From the NCBI GenBank assembly GCA_040954595.2, contig CM082578.2:8417519-8481518 (forward strand): a stretch of 64,000 nucleotides of DNA, read 5' to 3'. A program made the position numbers and the translations under genes. The notes under the pieces are model-generated. The model saw only the letters and a list, made by a program, of their open reading frames with translations. It was not told the origin of the DNA and did not search any database. Positions within the stretch are counted from its first letter, which is position 1, and each line of letters begins with the position of its first letter. The DNA is from Balanoglossus misakiensis (Eukaryota > Animalia > Hemichordata). Of this stretch, positions 1 to 13,556 are shown one piece after another.

Positions 1-569
1 AGCACTTGATGGTAAGTGGTATGGAATTGTACAACTGTATCAGCCCATACATGGATAATTTCCGGCTATAGATGAAGAAATTCACTGTCCACCAATCATA
101 GAAAAATTAGAAAATTGTGCCACAGGCCTGTAACCAATTTTCCGTTCCCATAATCTAACTAGGTGTACACCACTTTTCTTGTTTTTTAACTTCCAGCTGA
201 TAAACCCCTTCCGACAAATTTGAGGAAAGAAGCACTGAGTCTACAGAAATCACTGGAATATGATGACGAAGGAGGAGAAGGCAGTAAGTGATCATTGATT
301 TGGTAGTATGAAGCACTGTCTGTATGTTGAGAAAGTGGCAAGATGTAGCTGAAAGTATTACCAGTATGAATTCAACATCGCTTGTATTGAATAAATGCAT
401 ACAGAGATACCAGTATCAAACTTGCATGGCACAGCTACCTTCAGTAAAAAATATTCCAAGTGGAGTAGGCCTTTCAACATTCTTATGAAGCTTCAGAAAA
501 AAAGTACAGCACCGGTATTGAAACAAAGTGACTTATTTACTTTTGGTGTGTTTTGTGTTGCTGTTCTAG

Positions 570-3500
570 TCACATCACATATTGATGATGAGTACAGATG
601 GGCTGGAGTGGAAGATCCAAAAATTATGTTGACAACGTCTCGAGACCCAAGTTCCAAACTCAAACAGTTTGCAAAGGTAGGGGAGACTTGTAACATTGGC
701 ATGATTTCAGTTTTAGTAGAATCTCACAAATCTCACATAGGTTTTACATGTGTCATGCACATAAAACTTTGTTGAGTGGGTCCATATCCTGGTGGAACTA
801 TAAAAAAGAATGAAAATTGGAAAAGCAAGTTTCATGTATATATGTGAGATAATCTAGCCTTCTGGGGCAATCTTTTTATCTCCCTTATCAGGAAATGAAA
901 CTGATATTTCCCAATGCACAGAGAATGAACAGAGGTAACTATGAAATGACACAGATCATACAGGCATGTCGTGCCAATGATGTGACGGACGTAATGATAT
1001 TCCATGAACACAGGGGAGAACCAGGTAATGCCATAAAGTGCTACTTTTCATTGAATTGAATGCAAGTTATGAATATAGATTGATCTATTATGATGTTTGT
1101 CTGATGGGCCCAGTGTAATCAGAAACGTATTTTAATTTTAGTTTCATGAGCAAACATCAACACATGTACTACCCTGCTAGTAGTTCCTGCTGTTTTGGGG
1201 CGCATGCTGCACAGTCCACTGCGTACATCTTTTAACATGTTAGATAGGGCTTAACAAAGGGTTACTAAAAGTAGACCTGTCCCTGATTAACATAGGCAAT
1301 GAACACTTAGGTGCCATGCAGTTCAGTGATCAGGAAAGGCACCTATATGCCAGCAGTATTGAACTCTTCAGCTAAAAATAAATGGGTCTTTCTTCAATCA
1401 TGGGAAAACCATGATGGATACTGCCCTCTTGTGGCAATGACTTGAAATCTGATTTCCATTCCTTCTGCATGTTGTATACAACTAAGGATAATGTCTCACT
1501 TCAGTGAAATGAAAACCACTTTTGATAAATGGAAAATGTGACTTCTTCGTACTGTTATGGTATCTATCAAATGTTTAATAAACTAATTTGCAAACATTAA
1601 TCTAATAAATTATTTTTTTTCTCTATTTTAGATGGAATGATCGTGTGTCATTTACCGTATGGTCCCACAGCGTATTTTACATTGTCCGGTACTGTGATGA
1701 GGCATGATATTCCTGATGTAGGAACAATGTCAGAGGCCTATCCACATCTTATATTTCATAATTTCAAGTCAAAACTTGGAGAGAGGGTGAGTTGTTTTCT
1801 ATACGTGATGAATTAGAGGCATAGTGTCAGGTGAAGATTTTTGGATTATCTTAAATTGTCTTTTACGAGATATATCATTTTCATGTTTCTCAGTCTTTTG
1901 CATTACAAATGTAGTATTGCCAGCTTCCCTGTTCTGGTTAGTCACGGGCTGTGATTTCTGCTTTTTACCCTTTTTAACCGTTTAATATTGTACTATTCCA
2001 ACCTGCAAGCAATAAACTAATTAACCAACTTTAAAAGTCAATAGTTGTGTTGAACTTTGCAGTGTTCATCACACAAAGCATCTTTACACTAAATACACAT
2101 GAATTCGGGCTACAGTCCTGTCAGTAATGATTAATGATGACATCAAGCCATATGTTTTATTGGCATTTCAAAATCAAGGTCTCCCAGAATTAATAGATTT
2201 TTTGCAATCAATTTCATTTTCCATACGTGTTTTCTTTTTATGGCTGACATTTCTGGTCAGTGTTGCTGCTAGGTAACCAGTATGCAAATGTTGAGGCTAA
2301 CTCGTGTTTAATTATCGGTTGCTCTGGGCACTGAATTTCCAATTAGTTTTACCATATATGCATTTTCATCACTTGACTTCCATTTGCAAATGAGGTAGCC
2401 TCGTTTTGCACCCCATCAATTCTCACTGGTTTGCTCCCACAAACTGCTTTAACAGAAAAACAGAAGTCTGACGTTTTAATCTTTATTCTAGACAGTGGAA
2501 TCTAACAATTAGCATAATTTTTATAGCCCATGGTATTTTCCTTTTGTCTGTGCACCAAAAGTCAGCTGTGCATAACACATGTCAATTAAAAATTAAAAAA
2601 ATGATGATATCACCATTTGAAATTGTAGTTTCATATGTGAAATAAAATTGTTCTTTCCAAGTAGCCAGCAAAGGGACTAGCATATCCATGGTTGTCTTCA
2701 CGTTGTCAACTAACATGTTCTTTTCCTGAGAACTTGCGAATTTCAAGAATATTGATTGCCTGATTATAAACGACTTATTGAAATGACAGTCTCTTCAAAG
2801 TTTGAAAGCTGATCGTCTCACCGTGAAGCTTAGAAATTCAAATCCCTCCTCCTTAAAGATCATATATACATATATATATATTTCTGAAATGATCCGGGAA
2901 GCCAGGGTATTCATGAAAAAGTGTTTGTTTGATGTATTCTGTCTGTTTGCAGGTAATGAATATCCTCAAGTATTTATTTCCTGTTCCCAAGGATGACAGC
3001 AAAAGGGTTATTACATTTTCCAACGAAGATGATTATATTTCATTTAGGTATGTGGTTTCCTTTTTTTTTGGTAATTAAAGTGTGATACGTGTACATGTAT
3101 GTAGACTTGTCAGGCCTGTAGTGTGTAGATGTGAGGCAGTGTGAGTGTGTGTGTGCGTATGTGCATGTGTAAAGTTGAGGGTCGCAGATGTTGTAAAGTT
3201 TGCGTGATGTATGTGTGTGGGTGTCTGTTTGAGCTAGTGTGTTGTAACTTATATTCTGAGATTGGAAAGATCCTTCTGTGTGGGTGGATCAGTGAGAGTG
3301 GACGCATCTGTACGCAGATGGAAAATCCAGACATCAGTCATGTTTTTATGTTCCCAGTGAAAATGGATATTTATTAATCCATGCTATAGGTCACTGGGGC
3401 CATTGCAACAGATAAAACACATCCTGCCCTCATAAACCCTTTCACCACCATGGTTCAGCCCGAACCCATTGTTTTCTATGGTAAGGTTGGACCTCTAAAG

Positions 3501-3790
3501 AGGGAACTGGGGGTGAAAGGGTTAAAGACTAAGATAGAGCAGCAGCAGTGTTAGTAATGCTTTCATAAAATGAACTGGCTATAGCATTCAAATTGTGACG
3601 TGTTCACGTGTGACCTACCTTTTAAATCAACAGGCACCATGTGTATAAGAAGGTTACCAAAGACATAGAACTTCAAGAAGTTGGACCAAGATTTGAAATG
3701 AAATGTAAGTGTCCAGCTATCACTGCGTTTCTGTCTTTGTTACAGTGTGCGTCTCTCTGTCTCTGTCATTCAATAGTCAGTCAGTCACTA

Positions 3791-3844
<54 letters not shown>

Positions 3845-6735
3845 CCTCTCTCCCCCTCTCTCTCTCTCTCCCCCTCCCCTCTCTCTTTCTCATATTATAC
3901 AAAAGTTTGGTTTGAGCATGCCTCAGCAATCATTTTTGGGGCTGCATGCCAAGGAATTAGTTGCAATCTAACTTTACGCATACATTCCTTGCACAAGTGT
4001 AATAACATGCAAATGCACCCCATGTCGATCACTATAAAAACGTAAATCATGAACAGAATACGAAATAGGCACTTGGATAGTTGGGTAGCTCTTGAGATAA
4101 GCTAACAGATTAGATTTCATCATTTTTCTTTCAAAAAGCATTCGATGATGTCACTCGTCATTCCCCAGTGACTTGTAGATTGTAAAATAATGTTATCTCA
4201 ATTAAGAACATGCGTGTAAGATTTTGCAGAAATCTCTGATGCGATTATCATGATACTAGTAACCCAGATGTAAGGAGAAAATAATTACTTGGCCAAAAAA
4301 CAACAACTGATAAACTAATTTGTTTTTGAGACTTTCCTTCAAAGTATAAGAAGCTTTTCGTGGATTCACACTTCTATTTCCACGGTTTTCTCTGCCTGGA
4401 TGTAATTAAAGAGGCAAAAATTGGAACAAATTTCTGGTTTTGTATTGATCTTGTGAAGTGTGTTTTCAGTGCAATTTTCCGACATCTCCGACAATTTAAT
4501 TTGGTGACGTTTAAACTCACTATCTGCACATCTTCTGGCAGCTTTCGTTAATGATATTCAAGAGACAGCACAGCAATACCTTCCAACATTCCAAAACTTG
4601 TCAATCGCTTTTGGTTTTATATCACTACACTGGATTCATCATTCTTAGCTGGCCTAATTTTTCGAATTTAAATATGTTAAACTGTATACAGTTAAATAGT
4701 ACAATACCTCAAACAACTTGTTGATATTTTGGCAATGCTGACACTTCGCGTCTGAAAATCAATAAAAACTGATTTGATAAAACATATTTACCTGATGTGT
4801 ATGAATCATGATGACCGCTGTCACTTCAAGAGTTAGTGGTGACGGTAACAATATGAGATACGTCTCCCAAAAGTTGGCGTATATGAAAAGTGTCATTGAC
4901 AAAATGTACCAGCAAAATATTAAATTAGCAATTTCAAGACTACCTTGGTAGTGTGTTGGTGTGCATGGTTGGCTTAACGCAATTATAGACCCAAACATTC
5001 AATTACGGCTAAGCTTGTACTGATCGGTCGGCTAACTTGTATTAAATGCTGGGTGATTTACAACTTGTTCTCTCCTCCAATTTGTTTCCACTGTGTAGGA
5101 AATATGCTCTTGTTCTCATTTTGAGTGTTATGAGGAAATATGAGGTTTCTACCCAAAATTCTTGATATTAAAAGTTAGTGAACTCGGAATATTATGCCTT
5201 GATTTTCATTCCAAACTTGTATGATGCTGCAAATTCCAATATTGATTACGGTATTTAAGATTGTTTAAGATATCCAAAAGGAGATGGAACATTATACAGC
5301 CTGCCAGTTGTTTGTGCCGTTTTCCCGGAAAAATCCAGTACTTGTGGCGGTGCGCATTCATTCCATGTGGCATAAGCGTGGTCAGATCATACGGTGAAAC
5401 GTTTACCGTTTTGTGTGATACATGCGTCTTTGCATAATTGCATTGGGCATTATGTCAAATTAGACCTGCAAATGTTGCGTATAACTTGTCATTTACGTGA
5501 GCTCTTGCATGCGTATGTTTGAAATGGGTTCTCGGTATCAACTCAAACATATGATACGTGGTTAGATTGCTAGCCGTAAGTGATGTGCTTTCAAAAGATA
5601 ATAAGACACGGCACCGCTTGTTCCGCCCACACTTTTTATTACGCCATTATTTTGTTACCAATTACAAAGGGTGATATTATGGGCCTTACCAGAGTGCTGT
5701 TCAGCTGGTTTCCGGTATTGCCACCTATTTAAAAGAAATCATGATTACATGCTGGTTAGGATACGTCGATTGTTGAAGGCTCAGATCACGAAAGTTCTCT
5801 TTACCAAAGATTACTTCCCTTTTGAAAAATATTAAGTTGCTTTTTTAATGTCACTGAACAAGCCTGCGTGGACACTGTATGTACATGTTCACAAAGAAGC
5901 ACATGTAACATTTGAAGGAATACTATAAAACAGGTTATTTTCGCGAGCTATAAATTTTTCGCGAAATACGCGAGAGCCAAAAAACGTGAAACTAAAAAGT
6001 CGCACAAAATGTTTTTCGGAGATAACGATGCAGTTAGTGAAATATGAGAACGCCAAAATTAATCCTCGCGTAACAGTTGCCTCTTTTGATATCGCAAAAA
6101 TTTTCCTGTCACGAAAATAACCCGTTTTACAGTATTCCCTCTGAAAGACGTGTACGTGCCACAATGGCGTGTCCACAGTCACGGAATTCATCATGACGAT
6201 GAGACTGACAGAGAGTTCATGTATGATGTGGGTCGGTTTTCCTAATTAGTGCAGGGATTGGAATGAAATCATGTAAGGTCATGTGTGAGCAGATTCCAGC
6301 ACCTGAGGTGTCGCCCACTGTTTCCATGAGCATCACGCGTGTCACTTAGAGGCTGAAGCCCAGGCAGTTCTTGACCTTGAAGTCGGGGGGTTACCTTTAT
6401 GGGTAACTGGAGTTTAACCGCGGGTAAAATGTTATTATTTCCTGCAGATCCCAGATAATGAAATCATCTAACTGTCTTCCAAAAGGTCTCCCTGCATGAA
6501 TGGGAAAACTGAATTCGTAAAAATTCAGCTGTGGGGGCCACAAGTAGACCGCAGCTGCTGTTTGTGTTGTCGCAGATTCTGAAGACACCGTTCTCTCACT
6601 CTCTCTCTTGATGTTTTTGCAGTGTACGAGATTAAACTAGGAACGCTAGACAATGCTGACACGGCAGACACTGAATGGAGACTCAAACCGTACATGAATA
6701 CAGCAAAGAAGAGGAAGTTTCTTGCTGATGCCTGA
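570..6735 (+). CDS. IMP4: U3 snoRNP protein IMP4 (Brix family), 5'-partial; exons 570-676, 892-1024, 1632-1786, 2953-3047, 3634-3704, 6623-6735
   Basis: AG/GT-bounded exons splice in frame: VTSHIDDEYRWAGVEDPKIMLTTSRDPSSKLKQFAK|EMKLIFPNAQRMNRG...FHEHRGEP|DGMIVCHLPYGPTAYFTL...HNFKSKLGER|VMNILKYLFPVPKDDSKRVITFSNEDDYISFR|HHVYKK..ELQEVGPRFEMK|LYEIKLGTLDNADTADTEWRLKPYMNTAKKRKFLADA*. Contains the Brix ExGPRxxxK motif and the IMP4-type C-terminus. Confidence 0.96.
3433..3525. mobile_element. ~93-bp MITE with (T)TAACCCTTTC...GAAAGGGTTAA ends (piggyBac-like); family copy 1
   Basis: Terminal inverted repeats visible; related copies at 19263-19304 (partial), 53000-53091 and ~61835-61927 (opposite orientation). 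Confidence 0.6.
3792..3890. repeat. (TCTG)n/(TC)n microsatellite and pyrimidine tract in an IMP4 intron
   Basis: Directly visible. Confidence 0.9.
5921..6134. mobile_element. MITE with TA-flanked TIRs (Tc1/mariner-type)
   Basis: TA-CTATAAAACAGGTTATTTTCG ... CGAAAATAACCCGTTTTACAG-TA, imperfect inverted termini. Confidence 0.7.
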
Positions 6736-7888
6736 TTGATTGATCCTGCTTTTTTGCTGGGCGCGGTGAAGAGCTCCAAGGTTGCAATACTAATATTATG
6801 TATTTTGCTCTCTTTCAATCAATGTATTTTTATCTGTGAAAATGGCAAGTAAACACATTTTTATGAAAAATGACACAGTGTGTGTGCTTTGAAATTTCAT
6901 TTTCTATATAGAGCTGTTAGATTGCTATAAATGCCATTTATAATTAGTAAATTTATTGTGTAGCTGTTTTTTTTAGCTTGAAAATGATTTATGAAATTAA
7001 TAGTTTATTTATATTCAGATATTGGACCATTCACAGTTTTATGATATTTCGGCCAGGTAAAATGTAATATCTCTTTCTCTTCGTAAGTCCCCACAGACAA
7101 AGTCCTGGGGGGGGGGGGGGAGGCTTTTGGTTGTGTCTCTGTCCCCATGCATGCATCTTTGTCCGACTGCATCCAAAGTCATATCTCACGCATATGGGAA
7201 GCATTGTTACTCTAGGGTACATATGAACAGGTTATCTGGAAATATTACTCAAATTATGGTTTACAGTGTGATTTACTCTCATGTTCTGTTGATCTGTTAG
7301 TGAGCCAGGACTATGTCATTGACAGTAACTGACATTTTTGTAATGTAGTGTCTCGACACGACATCTTATGCACAAAGCGAATCACCATAAAAATTGCTAG
7401 TATTTAAATGTTTTACTTTTGAATGTACGGTAGATCTCGAGGCACAATGTTTCTGTCACTATTTTTTCCAACTCAGAGAGAAATAGCACAGCTTGGAATT
7501 CTGTAGCTGGAGAATTGACATTGATATCAACCATACTACGGTATGTCATTTTATGAGCATTTATTTCCATCAGTGAGTGATCCAAACTCATTTTACCACA
7601 TCAATTGACATTTTGTAAAGTCAAGGAAGGATGTCAACAAGTCGTGCTTTGAACAAACCTTATGAAGCTTATTCATGGCTTTCAGAATTTACTCTGCTCA
7701 GAAGAAAATTGCGACCGATTCCTTAAAGCCATGATTGACCTTTGTTGAACTATAGCTTAAAACAGCACTTGGAGGGGATCGTGCAATCCATCTCGTAAAT
7801 GTACATTTTAGCTTTCATTTTCCATCATGAGTATAATGTATAATGCAATAGATAGGCTGGATAGGCTGTAGTATGTACCTGGGGGTAT

Positions 7889-7937
7889 ATGTGTGTGTGT
7901 GCGTGCGTGCGTGTGTGTGTGTGTGTATGTATGTATG
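7889..7937. repeat. (TG)n/(TGCG)n/(TATG)n microsatellite
   Basis: Directly visible. Confidence 0.85.
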
Positions 7938-9715
7938 ACCTGATATACATAGTCATTGACATTTTATTAGGTAACCCACTCATACAAATTTAAACTTTCA
8001 GAGTACCGGTACCCCTCAATATATAGGCTAGGTATATATACATGTATGCTTCTTTGTTTTATATTTCAGCCAATATGAGGGTTCAGCAGTGAGGCCATGA
8101 ATTACCCGGTCATTGCGAAGACGTACCCACATCTTTATCCTCAAGTTTCTGTTTATTTTTATTTTAATTGTGTGCTTACTTTTATAATTAATTAGGTAAT
8201 TAGGCATATTTCAAATTAAGTGTTTATCACCGCTTGTTCCCTTTAAAGAAATCACAGCATCTAATGGAACTGCTCATTGCTGTTGAAGAGCCATGCAATT
8301 TATTTCTGTTTCAGTAGCTTTTGAAGTAGCTTTCCATTTATGGGGGTCGCCTCAGTTGTCATGGTAATACATGATTTCTGTTGTGTTTTAACCTAGGGCG
8401 TTGGTGAATTGCTTGATAAGCAAATCTGTTCGAAGGAAGAAAATAATAAGGTGATAGCATCTGATAGCTTTGACGCATGGAGCAGTTACACAGTTGATAA
8501 TGGTTTCCTTCAGGAAACTAAATTTTGACATTATAGAGTTGTTGGTTGTTAGTGAAAAGCCTCATGACCCTGGAAATCGGCAATTATGATTTTCGTTGGA
8601 AGCTCAAAATGAATACTGGTTTCGATCGACGCCACTCCATATGTATAAATCATTTCTGTAAAAGTATATCTCGTGAGCTGGGGGTAAAATCACGTGGTCT
8701 GTATCAAGATTTGAGATATCAATTTTTGATGTTGCGTAAGAGATTGGATAGAGCAGCTCAGGTGTTGCCATGGGCTGGTCAGATAATGTTGGCGTCTCCG
8801 GTTTCCTTTCAGACACAGACAAGACGTCAACAACTGCACTATAATGTTGTCGATAAACTCGTCAAGAGTGGTTGGCAAAGTTTCAACATTTTCTTAAAAT
8901 TGTAGCAGTTTTTTGGTCCTGCCCTGTGTTGTGCGTGATTTTAATTTCTCTCACAGTGATTTGTCCCACTCTGAGTCTCCACTGGGTGAATTGTAACCTG
9001 TAGAGAGATGAATGTTTAATTCATTATAAGTGAGACTAGAATTTGTCATTATTCAGAGGATAAACACAGCAGTGAAGTTTTATACGGCTTTGTGCTTTCA
9101 CTAACTTCTCTGATTTATTGGTAAATGTGGTTTTTGAACAGTTCACATAAATGTCAAATGTAATGTTGCCCACACTGCCCCTCCCCCCCCCCCTTAAGAA
9201 ATATTGCGCTCTTAATGTCTGTGGCAGTATCGTGTGCGTGCAAAATTAAATTACTATATATTATATTATTATATTTTTTGAAACGCTCATGTACATGTGA
9301 AATTTCCAGCATTTTGATAAAGCCCTGAGCAGTTCAGTATAATCTGCAGTTTCCACTTGAGTGGATGGTGTAACATTCTCTTCTTGGAGTTCTTTTTAAC
9401 CCTTGCTCGAGCTAATAGGATTGAAGATTACCATTTGTTGGACCCTCCTCTGTTTTCTATGTGCTACCATCTGCTTCCAGTGTAGAGATGGCGCGTATTT
9501 TCGGTACAGAAATATTTCACATTCTATACATTGTATATGTGTGTGGGGATGTAAGCGAGGACCAGTGTCTTGGTTTTTAGTTCGTTGAAATTGGAATCGC
9601 TGCAAATTATTTAGTGTCACTGACTCAGTTTGCCTTGAGCAGGTTCTATTGAGAACCTCCCCGAGAGTTTGAGGCTTAGAAGTTTGCTGAGACGAAACTG
9701 GCGCACACTGTGCCT

Positions 9716-9840
9716 CGCATTATGAATAAATCATACAGCAGGATAAGATGTTATCGCGGCCGGCGACCGTGCAGCAAGACTTGTAGAAGACGATCGAGGC
9801 AGGCCAAAGAAGGGACGGTATGATACCATCTCGGAATGGA
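9716..9840 (-). pseudogene. possible decayed PIF/Harbinger transposase C-terminal fragment
   Basis: CpG-rich patch. Minus-strand frames give RDGIIPS / ACLDRLLQVLLH / NILSCCMI..HN, resembling the HARBI1-type motif 'GILKSRFRCLD...IIxACCxLHN' with frameshifts. Confidence 0.25.
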
Positions 9841-12815
9841 TGTACATGTACATGCATTGAATTTTGTAAAATCTGAAAAGACATTGGAGGATAAAGTGGG
9901 ATTGGATAAGACAATAGATGGATCAAATGTTGTTATCAAGCCTTATTCTCCATTTTTGCAAAGAACAGACAGAAAGTCATTGGAAGCTAACATATGGCCC
10001 TTGGATATAGACCTGTGTATTATGCTCTTGGGGCCGCACTATTACAAGCACCGTGGGAACCTTAGCTTTAGAGTGCATCTGCACCTTTTATATGGCTAGT
10101 ATATTTTCCAGATTTGAGCCAGCCAGCTTTCAGTCACAATTTTATGCTGATAGGTTAATTGAACAGGCAGGTGTTCTGCGCTGTGCACTTTTGAACTGCT
10201 GGCTAGCTCTCGTTGCAGTTTAACGGATTTTATTTCTGCACAGTGTAGCGTACGTACCAGACTCCAAGAAATCATACTCCATGCAGTGTATCAGTGCAGA
10301 ATTAATCAACAGAGAAATAATCCATAACAGTTTCAGACCCGTATACACATCGACATTGAAAATCAAGGAACACTCCACTTGAAAATTGCAACCTTCAAAT
10401 CGAATCTATAAATTATTAATGTTGAGTAAGCACTGCAATGACTCGCCTGGGTTCAGCTGGATGGACGTTTTTTGTACATGTATTCGTGGCCTGCGGTTTG
10501 AGTGGAGAAATTATACTCTGCAGCCGAGAGTCATGCAAAATTCAGCAGTCACCTGCAGATGCGACTCGAGTATAATTACAGTAGTTTGGCACGATTATAG
10601 TGGTGTCAAGTATTGCATTTGTAGTCTGGATCAGTTAAAACAGACATGAATTTCCCCTGTATGAGGTGATTTTTACTATACTTTATTCAGTCCACAGTAG
10701 TGTACATATATAGGACCTGGTTTCCCCACAGATCAATGTAGTTGTGTATGCGTGCGTAAGTATGTATGTATGAGTTTACTGGACAAGGTGATGATTTATC
10801 TAATGGGTAAATTTAAGCTTCCGAGTTGAGCTATCTTTGTGTTTGAAATTCATAAGTGTGAGACCTGCATAGATATGTGGCATATATACTTGGTATAAAC
10901 AGGAGCAGTACATTATCCTTATAATGCTATAGTTCTCTCATCACAGAGCTGGATAGAAGGTTGGAGTTTATGATGTCATGCATTCGCCACCCGGTAATGG
11001 CACTGCAGTGAATATCTAAAAAAATAAAACTTTATGAGCCATATACTATTTAACTGTATATTGAGTTTTCCCCCCTGATCTCGGAAGAGTCAAACGCAAG
11101 ACATCTAGAAAACAAACTGCTTGAACAGTACACACGGAAACGTCCATTGTATTGTGTTGAGCACAAAGAAGTGAAATTTAATTCACCTCATATACCTTTG
11201 AAGACGTGAATTCAATCGGTCAGTCACCTCGACTGGGAGAAAATTCTCATTTATGGATTATTGTGTTTATTGTGCATGCATACCTGGTTCTTGTGAAAGA
11301 CTGAGTTTGAATTCAGAAATTAGAAGTATTTACTCTTCTGGGAATCCCAGCTATGGAAATGGACTATTGTTTTGTTTGCCTCGGTTGTGTGCATATACAC
11401 AATATATGTCAGCTGCGGCTGACATTTTGTATCCAGGGGCATGTCCACTCAGTTGGAAACCTACTATTAAAACCAACAGTCCCATAAATTAGCATTACTC
11501 TGCAATTTGTCACAGCAGAAATCACAGTTTAACAGACTTGTATGTTATCCGTTGAGAGCAAATTGAATTTACATTGAGTTGCCCATGTTTGACTGGGGGG
11601 GGGGGGGGGGGGGGGCAGTTTAAAAGACACCGGCAGAAAACGTGCACATGCACTGTTGGAAACTTTTTGGCGAGCAACTGTAACCCTCTCCTGAACAGGT
11701 TTACAAAAATGTACACAGCATGTTGTGAAAATCTTCTGGAAAAGCATTTTATACTTGGAAGAGTGTCTCATACACACAAGCAAGTACCTGACAATCCAAT
11801 TGTATCCTTTCTGCCTGCCATTAATCACTATTATGGTAGTGTACAGTTTACTAAAAGTAACAGGAATTATTTGTGTAGTTCAACTTCATACGTCACATAC
11901 ATTTACCGGTACATGTTCAATGAACCTTCCTGCACACATTTCTTGCAATTATGTGTGCTGTGTGTGTGTAGTGACTAAAAATGAAAACAAAATTCATTTA
12001 TACTGAGGTACTATTTCACCTTTTCACTTGGTTTTTATTCAGTTGCTTGTATTACATTATAACTTACACCATTCTCAACACTGCATGTACGGTAGTTCTT
12101 AATCTTGGTGAATTTGGAACCAGTCAATTTCTCTCGCAAATTCAAACTCATTCACATGTGAGAATATTTCAATAATAACTTTTCATGCTCCATAAACTTA
12201 ATTGAATGTGCGATCCTTTTTAGAATTTTGAGCTGTCAGTGATGTGAAGATGATGATTTTTAATACAAACGTCTGGATATCAGCAGAGATCTTTCAGCAG
12301 GCGTAATTAAACTTTTAGAGAAATTTTCTAACAGTAACTCTGTAGCTTTCTCATGGAACGGATTATGATATGTAAATGTACTAATCTGAGAACTGTCTGA
12401 TGAACATCTCATTTGCATATATAAATCTTTTCCATCTGGGTGACAGCCAATAATAGTAACCCTGCTCAAAATGGCCATGGATAATTTAATTACATTATCA
12501 CTTTCATTTAATTCACTGATTATTGTTGTTATACAACTTCTTGATACAAAAATATACATTTTTGTTGTCATTAATATAAAAATGTATAAAAGGAACCAGT
12601 TGCAATCTTGTCATTTTTCCAATATATATATATACATTTTGTGAATTTCAAAATAATGTACAGTTGTTTTGACCTAACGTACCGCTTTATGTCCTGCTTT
12701 TCAAAAAGATAAAAAATTTAATGAAAGAAGATGGATATTAGCGTAAATTAAAAATAATAAACTAAATTTCAGATACTGAAATGTAGAGTTTCCATAAAAA
12801 AGTAGTTCATTTGAT

Positions 12816-13556
12816 TTACAGAATCGTGCAAGATTTGGACTTGTTGACAGAGTCACCTAATTTTGAACCGTCACTAGTAATCGTCGACCCTTGACTCGAT
12901 GAAGTACTCCCAGCCTCTTTGCGGATTCTCTGCACTTGTTCCGCGTCCACGTACTTTTCGAGTTCCTCCACTTGTTGCGTGATGTCCTTCAGTTCCTGTT
13001 CCATCTTGACGATCCGTCCGTCTTTCACCTGATCGTCTTTGATGAACCGCTTCAGCCTCACCTGCAAGTCTTTCATCTTGAGCTCGCTCTCCTCCTGCGA
13101 CTGCAGGGCGTCGGCCAGCCGCTCGCGCAAGTAGGTCTCGCTCTCCTGCGTCTGCAGCACCCGTCGGGTCAGGTAGTTGGCCTGCACCTCCAGCCCGTCG
13201 GCCTGCTTGGCTTTCTCTTTGAGTTCGGTGACGCTGCTGGTGCCGGACGACGACCCCGCCTGTTGCAGCCGCTCCTCCAGTCTCTTGATGGCGTCTGCCT
13301 GCACGGCCGACCGCTGCGCCACCTCGCCCAGTTCCGTCACTAGACTGTCTCTCTTTGTCTTCAACTCCTCTATTTCCTTTTTGGCTTTCTTGTACTTGCC
13401 CCGAAGTTTTTTGTTCTCTCTTTCCAGTTCGCCCAGTGCATCTTTTGAGATGTCTGCTTTCTCAGACTCCGGGATTTCGGCCTTCTGTTCCGGTGCTGCT
13501 TCCCCAGGTTCCTGTCGCACATCGACACTGTTCTCTCCAGGGTCAGCACCTTCCAT
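12816..13556 (-). CDS. 246-aa coiled-coil protein with C-terminal CaaX (KSKSCTIL*), predicted geranylgeranylated; uncharacterized
   Basis: Long GC3-rich ORF, E/K/L/Q-rich with heptad character. In-frame TAA just upstream of the ATG. Polypyrimidine/AG acceptor places the exon start at 13583, implying an upstream non-coding exon. Confidence 0.88.
   Translation of the reverse strand: MEGADPGENSVDVRQEPGEAAPEQKAEIPESEKADISKDALGELERENKKLRGKYKKAKKEIEELKTKRDSLVTELGEVAQRSAVQADAIKRLEERLQQAGSSSGTSSVTELKEKAKQADGLEVQANYLTRRVLQTQESETYLRERLADALQSQEESELKMKDLQVRLKRFIKDDQVKDGRIVKMEQELKDITQQVEELEKYVDAEQVQRIRKEAGSTSSSQGSTITSDGSKLGDSVNKSKSCTIL

Noticed and set aside
3705-4045. Extension of the IMP4 ORF into SLSLSL repeats
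   Set aside because: Intron read-through across a (TC)n microsatellite.
8527-8853. Degenerate inverted ends and a 119-aa ORF
   Set aside because: TIR match too interrupted and ORF lacks motifs; at most an old MITE.
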